Source: Hemiscyllium ocellatum | Taxonomy: Eukaryota | Assembly (NCBI RefSeq): GCF_020745735.1 | Contig: NC_083404.1 | Span: 37,137,731-37,201,730 of the forward strand | Reading direction: 5' to 3' | DNA length: 64,000 bases | Shown here: positions 25,345 to 38,359 of the stretch, piece by piece | Layout: every line of letters begins with the position of its first letter | Numbering within the stretch: the stretch's first letter is position 1 | Notes under the pieces: model-generated | Databases searched by the model: none | Told to the model about the DNA's origin: nothing | The model's input: the letters and a program-made list of their open reading frames with translations, nothing else | Made by a program: the position numbers and the translations under genes

Positions 25345-25660
25345 TTATTAATTCATTCATGGGATGAGGGCATTCCTGGCTGGGCCAGCATTTATTGCCC
25401 ATCCCTGGGGGCAGTTAGGAGTCAACCACATTGCTGTGGGTCTGGAGTCACATATAAGGCAGATCAGGTAAGGATGATAGTTTCCTTCCCTAAAGGGCAT
25501 TAGCGAATCAGCTGGGTTTTTCCCCAACAATTCTTTCATGGTTATTAGACTTTAATTCCAGATATTGATTGAATTCAAATTCCACTATCTGCTGTGCATC
25601 CCCAGAATAGTACCTGAGTTTCTGGATTAACAATCCGGCGGTAACACAACTAGGCCATTG
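25345..25660 (-). mobile_element. LINE 3'UTR-type interspersed repeat (also about 4725-4900 on +, 31440-31780)
   Basis: Shared cagcatttattgcccat..agagtcaaccacattgctgtgggtctggag block in several copies. Confidence 0.7.
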
Positions 25661-26699
25661 CCTCCCATCTGTGCTATAAAGAGCGCGTTAATAACTTAAG
25701 AGGGAAGCCACATACAACTAAAGGAAAAAAAGACAGGTTAACATTCGAAAGAGATCTGTTAGTTTTATTATATTCTCTCTGTTCTTGTGGAGAAGCTACC
25801 CATGATGCTGGATTCATCTCTCCAAAGTGGCCAGCTGCTGGACACCATTATAATTGTTTAATCCCTTGAAACTTCAGAACTACATCTAAACACAGTAATT
25901 GTGTTGCAATGGCATAGTTCTTGATTAAAAAAAACAGTGAATTTCCGTGTGACAGTTTCACACCTGGTGATTAAGCTGTTATAACCAGTTTAATCTATCA
26001 TAACAGCTCCTGGCATGAATCCCTGACACAAAGGCAACCCTATATTCAGGTTGTTGTGGTCCACAACTGACTTGAAATACTTTTATGTAGTAATCTTATG
26101 CTTCAGGTTCAAATGAAAACCAAATAAAATTTCATACATTCTTAATTTTAAGCAAATGTTGCAATAGCCTGTGTTTTAAGTTGACTCAGACAACTATGAT
26201 AAGTTAAATCCTTTTTATTATTGGAGAGCTTTGTACCTTAGGAACAGCAGCAAGTCCCTCAACTCATTATGCTTTTTCTGCCATTCAGCTAAATTGTGAT
26301 TTACCTGTTTACAAAACAAACTAGATTTATTCAGAATGAGTCTATTTCATTAATTTTAAATGATCCCAAACCCAGGCAGCAATGCTGGTGGACTGATAAG
26401 TTTAGTAAGTGGTTGCTTTTATTTATTGAGGAACGTTTCTGAGGCAGAACCATGAACAGGACCACATGGACTACTTTTCAGCTGTCACCTGAGACATGGA
26501 GTGATTTCCCCTTTGAATATTTAACATTGCAACTCGCACCAATTTACTTTATATCAGAACAAAGTAATTTTAAACTTCGGTATTCATTAGAAATACCAGT
26601 AGTTGTTTCCAAGGGTTCTTCTATTTATCATGTACTCCATTGTCTTTAGTCCTCCCAAAATACATTTTTCAGGATTAATTTCGATTTGCTGTTCTTCTG

Positions 26700-27780
26700 T
26701 CTATTTGACTAGTCCGTCTATATCATGCTGAAGTCTCGGGCTTTCCTCCTCACTATTTATCACACCATCAACGTTTGTGTCACCTGAGAACTTACTGATC
26801 AGACCTTCGAGATTCTGGATCATTAATATACACTACCAACAGCAAGGGACCTAGCACCAAACTCTGCACTGCACCACTTTACACAAGCTCCCTGTCACAA
26901 AAATGACCTTCAACTATCCCCTACCTCCCACCATTAATCCAGTGTTGGATCCAGTTTGCCAAGTTGCTGTGGATCTCATGGGCTTTTACTTTCTTTACAG
27001 TCTCCCATGCAAGATCTTGTCAGCAGCCTTACCAAAATCCATGTGTACAATATCCAGGCATAGCCCTCATCCATACCCCAATCACTCCTCTCAAAGGTTA
27101 ATCAAGCGTGCCAGCAGTGATCTTCTCCTCACAAAGCCATGCTGACAATCCTTGACTTCCAAGTGGAGATTAATTCTGTCGCTCAGAGTTTTTTTCCAAT
27201 GATTTCCCTACCACTGAGATTTGGACTCACTGGCCTATAGATCCATGAATATTAGTACCATATTAGTTGTCTTCCAGTCCTCTGGGACCCTTCTCTGTCC
27301 TGAGAGGATTTGAAAAGTAATGTCAGGACCCTAGCAATTTACTTCCTTGCCTCCTACAGCAGCGTGAAATTTATCTCATCCAGGCTTGAGGACTTTTCAA
27401 ATTAAAGGGCACTGATACTTCCCCTCCTAATTGTAATTTGCTCAAGTACATCACTGTCCTCTTCCTCTGTATCTACACCCTTCTCCTTTATCATGCATAC
27501 AGTAAAGTACTCATTTAAAACATCACTTATAAATTCTGGCTCCTCCCAGTTTACCACTTAAGTCCAAATGGGTCCCACTCTTTGCCTGGTTATATTCTTA
27601 CCCTAATATACTTATAAAATGCATTGGACTTTCCTATATTTTGTTGCCAGTGTTTTGTCATGCTCCTGCTTCAATTTCCTAACTTTTAATAACCTGTTGC
27701 GTGTTCAATACTCTTCTAGGGCATCTACTGTTTTAAGCCTTTTAAGCTTTTTTTTAATTTCCTTATCCAATCCTTTACAA
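26700..27780 (-). mobile_element. Old CR1 ORF2 fragment
   Basis: Reverse-complement RT motifs (cagcatggctttgtg, gtcagtgccc) with many stops. Confidence 0.7.
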
Positions 27781-28393
27781 TCCTTAATATCCAGGATTCT
27801 GTAGAATGTTAGCTCCCACTCCTCGCCATTTACAAGAACGTGTTGGCCCTGCACTGTCATTATTTCCTTTTAACAACAACTACTGTTCTGATGTAGATTT
27901 TCTCACAAACAGCTGCTTCCTGTCCATTTTGGCTTGATCCTTGTTCTTCTTGAATGCAACTCTCTTCCCACAATATCCCCCCCAAAAAAACTGCTGCATG
28001 TCTATTGTATTTTTCTATTTACTGATGTCTGTTGTAATTCTCTTTCTTCAGTTCTTATGAAAGGTCATAGACCTGAAATGTTAACTCCACAAATGCTGTC
28101 TAATCTACTGAGTATTTCTGCTTTTATTTCAGGTTTCCATCCCTTACAATATTTTGCTTTCTACTATGTTGCTATTACTTATAATTAAATTGTAATCTCA
28201 TCAGTATGTATTTAGCAAACGTTCCTATGACAGCTAAAATTGTCTTACTCTTTGCTTTTATATCCAAATTTAAGTGCAAATATCACCCATGCACTTTTGA
28301 CTGATTAGATCATTGGTTATTCATCCATGTTTTCAGCTGTGTAGATATTTATTGCAAGGAACTTGACTTATTTTCTCTTCACTTCACCCTTAG

Positions 28394-31250
28394 CATTCAC
28401 TAGATGGACACAGCTCGGGCTGAAAGGGATGGTGGAAACGTTTCTGAGAGAGGCTGAGCTGCGGAATTCCCCCAATACTCAAATTCCTTTTGGGGAAGAA
28501 CATGATGTAACTGGCGGTGGGAAATCTGTGATTCACTTTATGCTCAGAACACTCAGCTGTTGGAAGTTTATCACTTTACTGCCTTATGCCAGCTCTGAAG
28601 TGGCTTCAGGATCCTGCCATCGCTGAACTAATTTCAGTTCCAGAATCAGCTGCTGCACATTTGTCAAAATAGCTCATTTTAGGCTCCAATCCAGTCATTT
28701 TCAGTGCTTAGTAATTCTACTGTAATAACATTTGAAAATCACCAACGAGTGTGATTCATTTACCTGACTGATGTGATCAGTACTTTTCACTTTAAGCATT
28801 ATGTTGCACTAAAATTCTATATTATTTTGGTTAGGTCTTTCATTATTTTAAATGAAATAGACCAAATACAACAAACCGTTATAAATTATGAAGTGTTCCT
28901 GAACATTCGATTTTTATAGATTTATGCCTTACTTGCAAAGGGATGTATTTAAGATACGTGGAGGGAGAATTGCACAAGTTTGCAGATGATTGACTGTGCA
29001 GTGGTAATATTCCGAAGTATTGATGCACATCACAACTTGCAGTTGTTACTTTGTGTGACACAAGTTTATTGAAGGAAATTTTTAAAAATCATTTTTATTT
29101 AGCTGAAACTAGATATAAATTAGGCAAAATTGTTCATTTCATCTTTGATAATAAAACCAAGCAAAATATTTTGCAAAAAGTTAAGGGATGGTTTTCTTCT
29201 GCCATTAACTACTTGGCGAATGCAGAACATCCCAAAGTTCAGTGTAGGTGGCAGGATGCACTTTCTGTTGCGAATGACTGTTGGTTTATGTTAAGCAACA
29301 TGTTCCCATTTTAATACACTCTTCACACTGCAAGCTCTTATGATCTGGCACATGCTGTTGGATGAGAAGCATTAATGCAGATAGTCCAGTCCTTTAATAT
29401 GTGCACCCTTATGTTTTAAATATATTTCTTTCTAATAATGACAGTAGATTTATAATTTAATGCAATTAATCATTATAATCAATTTTGATTACCTAAAGAG
29501 CTGTGTAAATATTACATATGTACAATGAGGTATTAATACATTCATTTAAAAAATCCTCCTAGCATCCTCCAGCTGTGGATGACCTTCTCCCCAGCTTGTG
29601 CGCAAATGATATTGTATTTTCAGACTTTTATGCAACAAAGCGGCTTATTTGATTAAGACAAACTGACCCTGGGCATGTAGGAAGGCTGCCCCTGCTTCAT
29701 TTCCCTATCCTATAAGAACTTCCTCTGCTGACAGATGTCTTTACCTGTTCATTAACCCTTCCAAAGCCTCTCACCTTTTGGGTGTCAAAATGAAGTGAAG
29801 ATTAATATTTCTTGAGCCACCAGGTGGGTTGTGGATGAATTTTTGATCTGGAATAAATTAGACCCACCTCTACAGTTGAAGGAAGGTGAATCTCATTTAG
29901 CGTAAGCATGTTCTAAAGGTGTATATCATTTTCCTTTACTTATAAAAACAAGTCATATTGCATTGACAACACCCCTATCAATAGACAATCATGTATTCTT
30001 CTTTTAGTTGCACATAGTTTATACCTTCCCCCCCCCCCCCCCCCCCCCCCCCTCACCGAGACTAAATATCTGGGCATGAGGATATTCAAATATAATATCT
30101 AACCAGCTGTAGAAGATCCCAGATCATAGAGTCCCCACAGTATGGAAGCAGGCCATTCAGCCCATCCAGACCACATCAACCTTCTGAGGAGTATCTCACC
30201 CAGACCCACCCTCCTACCATTTGAGAAAATATTATAATAGCCTAAATTGGCTTGAATGGATATGTACATAATTTGGATTTAATCAACTGCTTTAATGTGT
30301 TTGATTGAACATCTCCAGCATAATTTATATAAATAGATATGTAAAACCCCAGGGTGCTATGAAAATAACTAATTTTCAGTAAAAGTAGCTAATGTTGTGA
30401 TATAAAGAAATCTGTTGTCACACTGAAATGATTATAATTGCTTACTGCATGTACCTGAGACTTGTGACTTGCATCTTATTCAGCTCGGTGTCTTCTCAGA
30501 GTTGGGTTGCTTCTGAATGCAACTCAAAGCAGGTGATAGACTTCATCCAGAACTTATACAAATGAAGTCTGGTCTTAATTAAAATTCCAATAACTGTTTT
30601 AGTTCTTTATTTGCACTACTTACTTCAAATTATTGGGAAAAAAATGCTTTAGTATATAAAGCAACGCTGAATTATTAAGAGCAGACTCCATATATAAATT
30701 CCTTAAATAATTCGATGTTCATCTTGTATAAACATCATGCATCCTTTTTATGGCTGCAGTCATGGATTGATTTGTATTCAGATTTTACTTAAGATTCAAT
30801 TTCCCTCTCAGGATTGATATTCCAAATGTTGCCCTTCATTCTCCTCCACTTATGTCTCTTCCATTGTTAGTGATTCTTCTGGAGTTTCCTGTCACTTGGC
30901 TTTACAAGGTCGAATCTGACTGCCTTTTAAAAACGCAACTCTATATGGGAGCAAGACTATGTGTTGCTGAAATAGACTGTTGCAGCATTGCATTCACATC
31001 AACCTCCCTGGCCAAACATTACACCGGGCATTTTGGGCTCTATGTATTCAAACTACTGATATTCAACACAGGAGATCATTAAGAGATGAAAGGAATCTAC
31101 AAATGCAAACTGAGGTAGCAGAATCAATTCAGCTCCTGCCTTTATGCTGGTGCATGTTATATTATGTCTGTAACTTTCAAGTCATGCCTTGTTTTATTAC
31201 ACTGAAATAAATGGATCAATTTATACATTAACTCATTTGCAATAAAAGTA
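28394..31250 (+). other. STARD3NL: Probable terminal (3'UTR) exon of STARD3NL
   Basis: Strong acceptor ttttctcttcacttcacccttag| at 28393/28394, about 2.85 kb of mostly repeat-free AT-rich DNA, AATAAA at 31206-31211 and 31241-31246 followed by T/GT-rich sequence. Inferred without transcript data. Confidence 0.55.
30028..30052. repeat. C25 homopolymer (G17 run also at 50181-50197)
   Basis: Read directly. Confidence 0.9.
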
Positions 31251-32101
31251 AATGGAGCAGTGGAATTAGAGGAAAAGTGTCTTTTGTTGCTTACTGATTT
31301 GTGATCCATTCTCTGCCTTTTTATCACCTTGTTTTAATCTATTGATTTTACTGTCCTGACAAAGTCATGTGTTTTAAACCCATCAAATAATTTTATTGTT
31401 TTGATTTCTAATTACCTAATTATTTTGAACGCCTTAATTTTTTTATATTCATTCACAGAATGAGGGCATCTCTGGCTAGATCAGCATTTATTGCCCATTT
31501 CTAATTGCCCAGAGAACAGTTAAGAGTCAACCACATTGCTGTGGGTCTGGAGGCATATGTAGGCCACACGAGGGTTAGGGTGGCAGTTTAATTCTGTAAA
31601 GGGCATTAGTGAACCACGTAGATTTATCAGACAATCAACAACTTATTCCTGGTCGTCATTGGACTCCTAATTTCAGAATTTTTTAAAAATTCAAATTTCA
31701 TAATCTGCTGTGTTGGATTCGAACCCAGAATATCACCCCAGTTTCTAGATTAACAATTCAGCAATAATACCATTCAGCCTTTGCCTCCCTGTTTATGTTT
31801 GTGGAATTGCTACATGTATTATGGTAGCCTCATTAATACATTTTTTTTCATTCATTTCAGAACAGGCCTAGTGGTCAGGAAAGGTCAAATTACCCAGAGA
31901 CAGGATTGTTGGTATTAAATGATCTACCAGAGACATTTAAAATCTGTTTCTGCAAAGCATTTAACAACCCTGCATCCAGTTTTGATGAAGAGCTCTAAGT
32001 TTCAAAGTTCAACTGTTAATCACATCAGTGTTGTTATACAGAATAATATTTGAATGCATCTTTCAAAATAATGTGTTTTTTAGTGTAACCCTTGACCTCA
32101 G

Positions 32102-32211
32102 GCGATGGCGGTCAGAGCATCTTTCGAGAACAACAATGAGGTCAGCTGCTTCGTCAAACTCACCATCACATACTGCCTGGTGGCGGTGGGAGGATCTGAG
32201 AACTTCTACGG
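32102..32211 (+). pseudogene. EIF6: EIF6 first coding exon fragment (ATG 32105: [35 protein letters not shown]) with flanking splice sites
   Basis: Translation matches the eIF6 N-terminus [36 protein letters not shown]; 107 coding nt then GTGAGC donor; no further EIF6 exons seen in window; substitutions at conserved positions (G>S, A>V, N>I, S>G). Confidence 0.93.
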
Positions 32212-32307
32212 GTGAGCACGGGGGGAGAGAGGGGCCCCGGGGTGGGGGAGGAGAAAGAGTAGCCCTGGTGTGGGCGTGTGAGTGGGGGAACAGGGGCCCC
32301 GGGTAAA

Positions 32308-35300
32308 GGTTGTTTTGCTTCCCTGGTGCCAGGATCAAGGATGTCTCAGAGAGGGTTTTCATGGGGGAGAGGGGCCAGCAAGAGGTCATTGTCCACATTG
32401 GAACCAATGACATTGGAAGGGGAATGGTTGAGATTCTGAAGGGAGATTACAGAGAGGCAGAAATTTAAAAAGGAGGTCCTTGAGAGTAGTATCTGGATTA
32501 TTCACGCAGCAATGAGCGAGTGAAGGCAGGAATAGGAGGATAGAGCAGATGAATGCATGGCTGAGGAGCTGGTGTATGGGAGAAGGATTCACATTTTGGA
32601 TCATTGGAGTCTCTTTTGGGGTAGAAGTGACCTGTACAACAAAGACGGATTGCACCTAAATTGGAAGGGGACTAATATACTGGCAGGGAGATTTACTATA
32701 GCTGCTCAGGAGGATTTAAACCTAGTAAGATGGGGGTGGGGGGGGGGGGGTACCCAGGGAGATAGTGAGGAAAGAGATCAATCTGAAACCGGTACAGTTG
32801 AGAACAGAAGCGAGTCAAACAGTCAGGGTAGGCAGGGACAAGGCAGGACTAGTAAATTAAGCTGCATTTATTTCAATGCAAGGGGCCTAACAGGGACAGC
32901 AGATGAACTCACAGCATGGTTAGGAACATGGGACTGGGATATCAAAGCAATTACAGAAACATGGCTCAGGGATGGGCAGGACTGGCAGCTTAATGTTCCA
33001 GGATACAAATGCTACAGGAAGGATAGAAAGGGAGGCAAGAGGGAGCGGGGGGTGGGTGGGGGGGGAGCATTTTTGGTAAGGGATAGCATTACAGCTGTGC
33101 TGAGGGAGGATATTCCTGAAAGTACATCCAGGGAAGTTATTTCGGTGGAACTGAGAAATAAGAAAGGGATGATCACCTTATTGGGCTTGTATTATAGACC
33201 CCCCTCATAGTCAGAGGGAAATTGAGAAACAAATTTATAAGGAGATCTCAGCTATCTGTAAGAATAATAAGGTGGTTATGGTAGGGGATTTTAACTTTGT
33301 AAACGTAGACTAGGAATGCCATAGTGTTAAGGGTTTAGATGGAGAGTAATGTACCTACTAGAGAAGGTGCAAAACATGACCTACTCTTGGGAAATAAGGC
33401 AGGGCAGGTGACAGTGGGGGAGCACTTTGGGGCCAGTGACCATAATTCTATTAGATTTAAAATAATGATGGAAAGGGATAGACCAGATCTGAAACTTGAA
33501 GTTCTAAATTGGAGAAAGGCCAATTTTGATGGTATTAGGCAAGAACTTTCAAAAGCTGATTGGGAGCAGATGTTCATAGGTAAAAGGACGGCTGGAAAAT
33601 TCGAAACCTTCAGAAATGGGATAACGAGAGTCCAGAGACAGTATATTTCTGTTAAGGTGAAAAGAAAAGCTGGTAGGTATAGGGAATGCTGGATGACTAA
33701 AGAAATTGAGGGTTTGATTAAGAAAAAGAAGGAAGCACGTGTAAGGTATAGACAGGATAGATCGCGTGAATACTTAGAAGAGTATAAATGAAGTAGGAGC
33801 ATACTTATGAGGGAAATCAGGAGGGCTAAAAGGAGACATGAGATAGATTTGGCAAATAGAGTTAAGGAGAATCGAAAGGGTTTTTACAAATAGGTTAAGG
33901 ACAAAAGGAGTAACTAGGCAGAGAATAGGGCCCCTCAAAGATCAGCAAGACGGCTTTGTGTGGAGCCATGGGAGATGGGGGAAGATACTAAATTAGTATT
34001 TTGCATCCATCTTTACTGTGGAAAAGGATATGGAAGATAGACTGTAGAGAAATAGATGGTGACATCTTGCAAAATGTCCATATTACAGAGAAGGAAGTGC
34101 TAGATGTCTTGAAACGGGTAAAGATGGATAAAACCCCAGGACCTGATCAGGTGTACCCTAGAACTCTGTGGGAAGCTAGAGAAGTGATTGCTGGGCCTCT
34201 TGCTGAGATATTTGTATCATTGATAGTCACAGGTGAGATGCCAGCAGACTAGAGGTTGACTAACATGGTACCACTGTTTAAGAGGGGTGGTCAGGACAAG
34301 CCAGGGAGCTATAGACCAGTGAGCCTGACATTGGTGGTGGACAAGTTGTTGGAGGGAATCCTGAGGGACAGGATGTATGTGTATTTGGAAAGGCAAGGAC
34401 TGATTAGGGATAGTTAACATGGCTTTGTGCGTGGAAAATTATGTCTCACAAACTTGATTGAGTTTTTTGAGGAAGTAACAAAGTGGATTGATGAGGGCAG
34501 ATTGGTTGATGTGACCAATATCAACTTAAGTAAGGCGTTCGACAAGGTTCCCCATGGGAGGCTGATTAGTAAAGTTAGCTCTCACGGAATACAGGGAAAA
34601 CTCGCCATTTGGATACAGAACTGGCAAAAAGGTAGAAGACAGAGGGTGGTGATGGAGGGTTATTTTTCAGACTGGAGACCTGTGACCAGTGGGTGCTGGG
34701 TCCTCTACGTTTTGTCATTTACATAAATGATTTGAATGTGAGCATAAGAATTCCGGTTGGTAAGCTTGCAGATGACACTAAAATTAGAGGTGTAGTGGAC
34801 AGCGAAGAGGGTTACCTCAGATTACAACAGCTTCTTGACCAGATGGGCCAATGGGCTGAGAAGTGGCAGATGGAGTTTAATTCAGAGAAATGCGAGGTAC
34901 TGCATTTTAGGAAAGCAAATCGTAGCAGGACTTATACATTTAATGGTAAGGTCCTAGGGAGTGTTGCTGAACAAAGAGACCTTGGAGTGCAGGTTCATAA
35001 CTCCTTGAAAGTGGGGTCACAGGGAGATAGGATAGTGAAGGAGGAATTTGGTATGCTTTCCTTTATTGAGTACAGGAGTTTGGAGGTCACGTTGCAACTG
35101 TACAGGTCATTGGTTAGGCCACTATATTGGAATATTGTGTGCAATTCTGGTCTCCTTCCTATCGGAAAGATGTTGTGAAACTTGAAAGGGTTCAGACAAG
35201 ATTTACAAGGATGTTGCCAGGGTTGGAGGATTTGAGCTGTAGGGAGAGGCTGAATGGGCTGGGGCTGTTTTCCCTGGAGCATTGGAGGCTGAGGGGTGAC

Positions 35301-35670
35301 CTTATAGAGGTTTACAAAATTGAGGAGCATGGATAGGGTAAATAGGCAAAGTCTTTTCCCTGGGATCGATGAATCCAGAACCAGAGGACATAGGTTTAGG
35401 GTGAGAGGGGTAAGATATAAAAGATACCTAAGGTGCAACGTTTTCACACAGAGGGTGGTACGTGTATGGAATGAGCTGCCAGAGGAAGTGGTGGAGACTG
35501 GTGCAATTGCAACATTTAAGAGGCATTTGGATGTGTATACGAATAGGAAGGGTTTGGAGGGATATGAGCCGGGTGCTGGCAGTTGGGACTAGATTGGGTT
35601 GGGATATCTGAGCGGCATGGATAGGTTGGACTGAAGGGTCTGTTTCCATGCTGTACATCTATATGACTCT
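32308..35670 (+). mobile_element. Long CR1 LINE: ORF1 esterase-like remnant, ORF2 APE endonuclease + RT, 3' tail; disrupted by stops and frameshifts
   Basis: ILDHWSLFWGRSDLYNKDGLHLN (ORF1), CIYFNARGL..AITETWL..GLYYRPP (APE), FDKVPHGRL, LADDTK (RT), ctatgactct end at 35670; 5' truncated within ORF1. Confidence 0.95.
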
Positions 35671-36623
35671 ATAACTTAACAATTTGAATTTGTTAAAAAT
35701 GTTCAGACTACTTTTATTTGGAAACTTCATTTCTAAAGTGAATGTATAATTTTAAGTTTAATCTGTATTTTTATATTATGTGGGTGAATAAGAGAAGGAC
35801 TTGACTTCATTTTTGAGTTCTTTGAGTGAAATTGTGGTATCTGGAGACCTGTTTGCATGCATTTAGATGAGCAATTTTTTAAAAAAGGAAAATCCCTTGA
35901 GATGATTAGTTCAGTGCTTTAGAAAAATAAGAGTAGAAAATAGGAGGGATAAAACTGGACTATTGCCTAGCAATAAATGAGGAGATGGAAATAGTTTTGC
36001 TTTTGGAAATGCAGAACTATTCAGAAGTACAGTAAGGGTGCAAGTTTCTGTTAGAGCAATCAGATCTTTGAAAGTAAGGGGGCTATTATCATTTTTTAAA
36101 GTAATTTCACAGAAAAAATGTCCTAATTAAATAGGTAAGGGAAAGCTCAAGAACCTGAAGGCTGTAAAAGAGGAATTTTAAAAACATGCGTTAAGAAATA
36201 TGTGTGATGCATTAGTTTGTTGAAGGGTCTCCTGAAAAGACATTTGCCAGACAGAAACCAACTAGACATGTTCTCTGAATAATAATCTTTAAAATGCAAG
36301 CAGTGACACTTCAATGCAGTTTCAGTACATGTAATGTTGAGGGCAATAGAATTGAACCTTTATTCTTTATATTTGTAACAAAACTTTTTTCAATTATATT
36401 CTTGTGTAGTGAAAAAAATAAGTGTTTTGTTCTTTGATTAAATGTATATTAACAACCCCATTGTGAATATGTTCAGTGACTGACCATCACAGTAAGTAAA
36501 TTGAAAACATAAATATATACAGCAGTATCTTCCCAGCCTTTGAAGGGCATAGCAATGTCAAGTCAGTTCAGAAAATATGGTAAGATTCACAACTTCAAAG
36601 GAAAAATAATCTATTCTGTGACT

Positions 36624-36936
36624 GGGGGAGGCATGGTGGCTCAGTGGTTAGCACTGCTGCCTCACAGCGCCAGGGACCCAGGTTCAATTCTGGCCTTGGG
36701 CAACTGTCTGTGTGGAGTTTGCACATTCTCCATGTGTCTGTATGGGTTTCCTCAGGGTGCTCTGGTTTTCTCCCACATTCCAAAGATGTGCAGGTCAGGT
36801 GAATTGGTTGTTCAAAATTGTCCAGAGTATTAGATACATTAGTCAGAAGAAAATGGACCTGGATGGGTTACTCTTTGGAGGGTTGGTGTGGATGTTTTGG
36901 GCCAAAAGGCCTGTTTCCACACTGAAGGGAATCTAA
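36624..36936 (+). mobile_element. HE1-type V-SINE
   Basis: A box TGGCTCAGTGG, B box GGTTCAATTC, same core and tail as 10592. Confidence 0.88.
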
Positions 36937-37859
36937 GTTTTGATTGACATGATGAGAATTTGCTCATGAGCAGTAAGAGGCCTATTTGCATGCCATTAGT
37001 AATCTTGCCTCATTGATTACACTTTCCTATTCTTCCAATTGTCAGAAACTAGACAGCAAGAATTCCTAGCATGAAAGAGCAGGTACTTTGAGGATCCAAT
37101 TCACTGCTTACCCTTCTGAGCCTCCATATTGATAGAAGGTACCTACAACATAGGTTAAAATCCATGGGCATTTAGTGCCCATACTTGCCCCCTTCCCATG
37201 AAGATTGGCATCAGAACAGACCAGCCTCATTATATTATCATGGCAAGCCTCTGATCCACCTATAATGCAATTCTCCACTTCAGTGTAGTTTTGGAGTGCA
37301 CTGACACCTTTCATTGTATTGGTGCTAAGGCTAGGTTTTGCTGCTACCAGGACAATGGCAGTCCTCTGAGTTCCAGTAATATGGAGTATTTCTTTCTCGT
37401 TCAGCTGCAGAGATAATGCAATGATGTGTTCACCAGCATGTGCTCCTGTTTCCAATGTAGCTTTAATCACTACCAAGGTATCAGTCTGAACTGCTGAAGG
37501 ATGCAGGGGGCTTTGCCAATGCATCCTCTGGGGCATCTGTTACTTCTTCCTCAAAGGCAGAGGAGATAATGCTTTATGGAGCTGTTTTCTTGAGGGCAGA
37601 GATTGTACAGCTGACACTGGAATCTGCATTAGATAAAAGAGGAAATCAGTTGCAGATAAGGATTGGGATTCAGGCACATTAAGAGTATATGGGATGAATA
37701 CAATAGGAAAACAGCATAGCAGTTGACAGCAAATCTAATTTATTTGCTGGAACATGGAGATTTCAGTATCACCACAAGAGTCGTCTCTTGCAAAGGCTGG
37801 GATTCTCTCCTCTTGGGTGAAGAGATGGAAGTCAGGCATCCCTTCCCCTATAAAAAGAA

Positions 37860-38005
37860 AACAACTGCAGATGCTGGAAAAACACCGAACAGGCCAGAGA
37901 ATGAAGTGGAACTGAAGAAGGGTCACTGGACCTGAAACATTGACTCTGCTTGCTCTCCACAGATGCTACCAGATCTGCTGAGTTTCTCTAATAATTCTGT
38001 TTTGT
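37860..38005 (+). mobile_element. Penelope-type terminal-repeat relic with hammerhead-like core
   Basis: CTGAAGA-A-GGGTC-actg-GACCT-GAAAC-ATT at 37912-37941 followed by the shared tctccacagatgct tail. Confidence 0.65.
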
Positions 38006-38359
38006 ACTCCATCACTTCTCTAGGCTCTTTCTGTCTGTTTCTGAGTCATTTTTGCCGAGAATGAGGCAAAAGGAGGGATTGTGTGAGTTGAAAATAGCTT
38101 GCACTAGTGTGCGGGGGAAAGTAGTGAGGTATCCTGAGTGAGTTAGTAGGCAGTATGGAGGTCATCTAAAATCGAGAGTGCATGTATGTGTATAGCAGGT
38201 GAGGGGGACGGAGGATGTGGGAGGACACAGGGAGATGATGGAGGCAGTTAAGAGTGAATGAAGGAAGATATTGAATGCAATATGAGAGGACCAGGAGTGG
38301 ATTGAGTGGAAGGTAGCAGAGAGAAGATAGTGGCATGTGGCCTCATGGAGCCCAGAATG

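Noticed and set aside
28394-28626. Faint resemblance of the ORF to the START-domain N-terminus (GK..FMLRT vs GKTFILKT)
   Set aside because: A few scattered matches only, wrong phase for the post-stop donor, and the segment spans what I recall as several STARD3 exons; treated as chance.
29817-29830. CTCF-like CCACCAGGTGG
   Set aside because: Ends GGTT rather than GCA/GCG; single partial motif in a probable 3'UTR.
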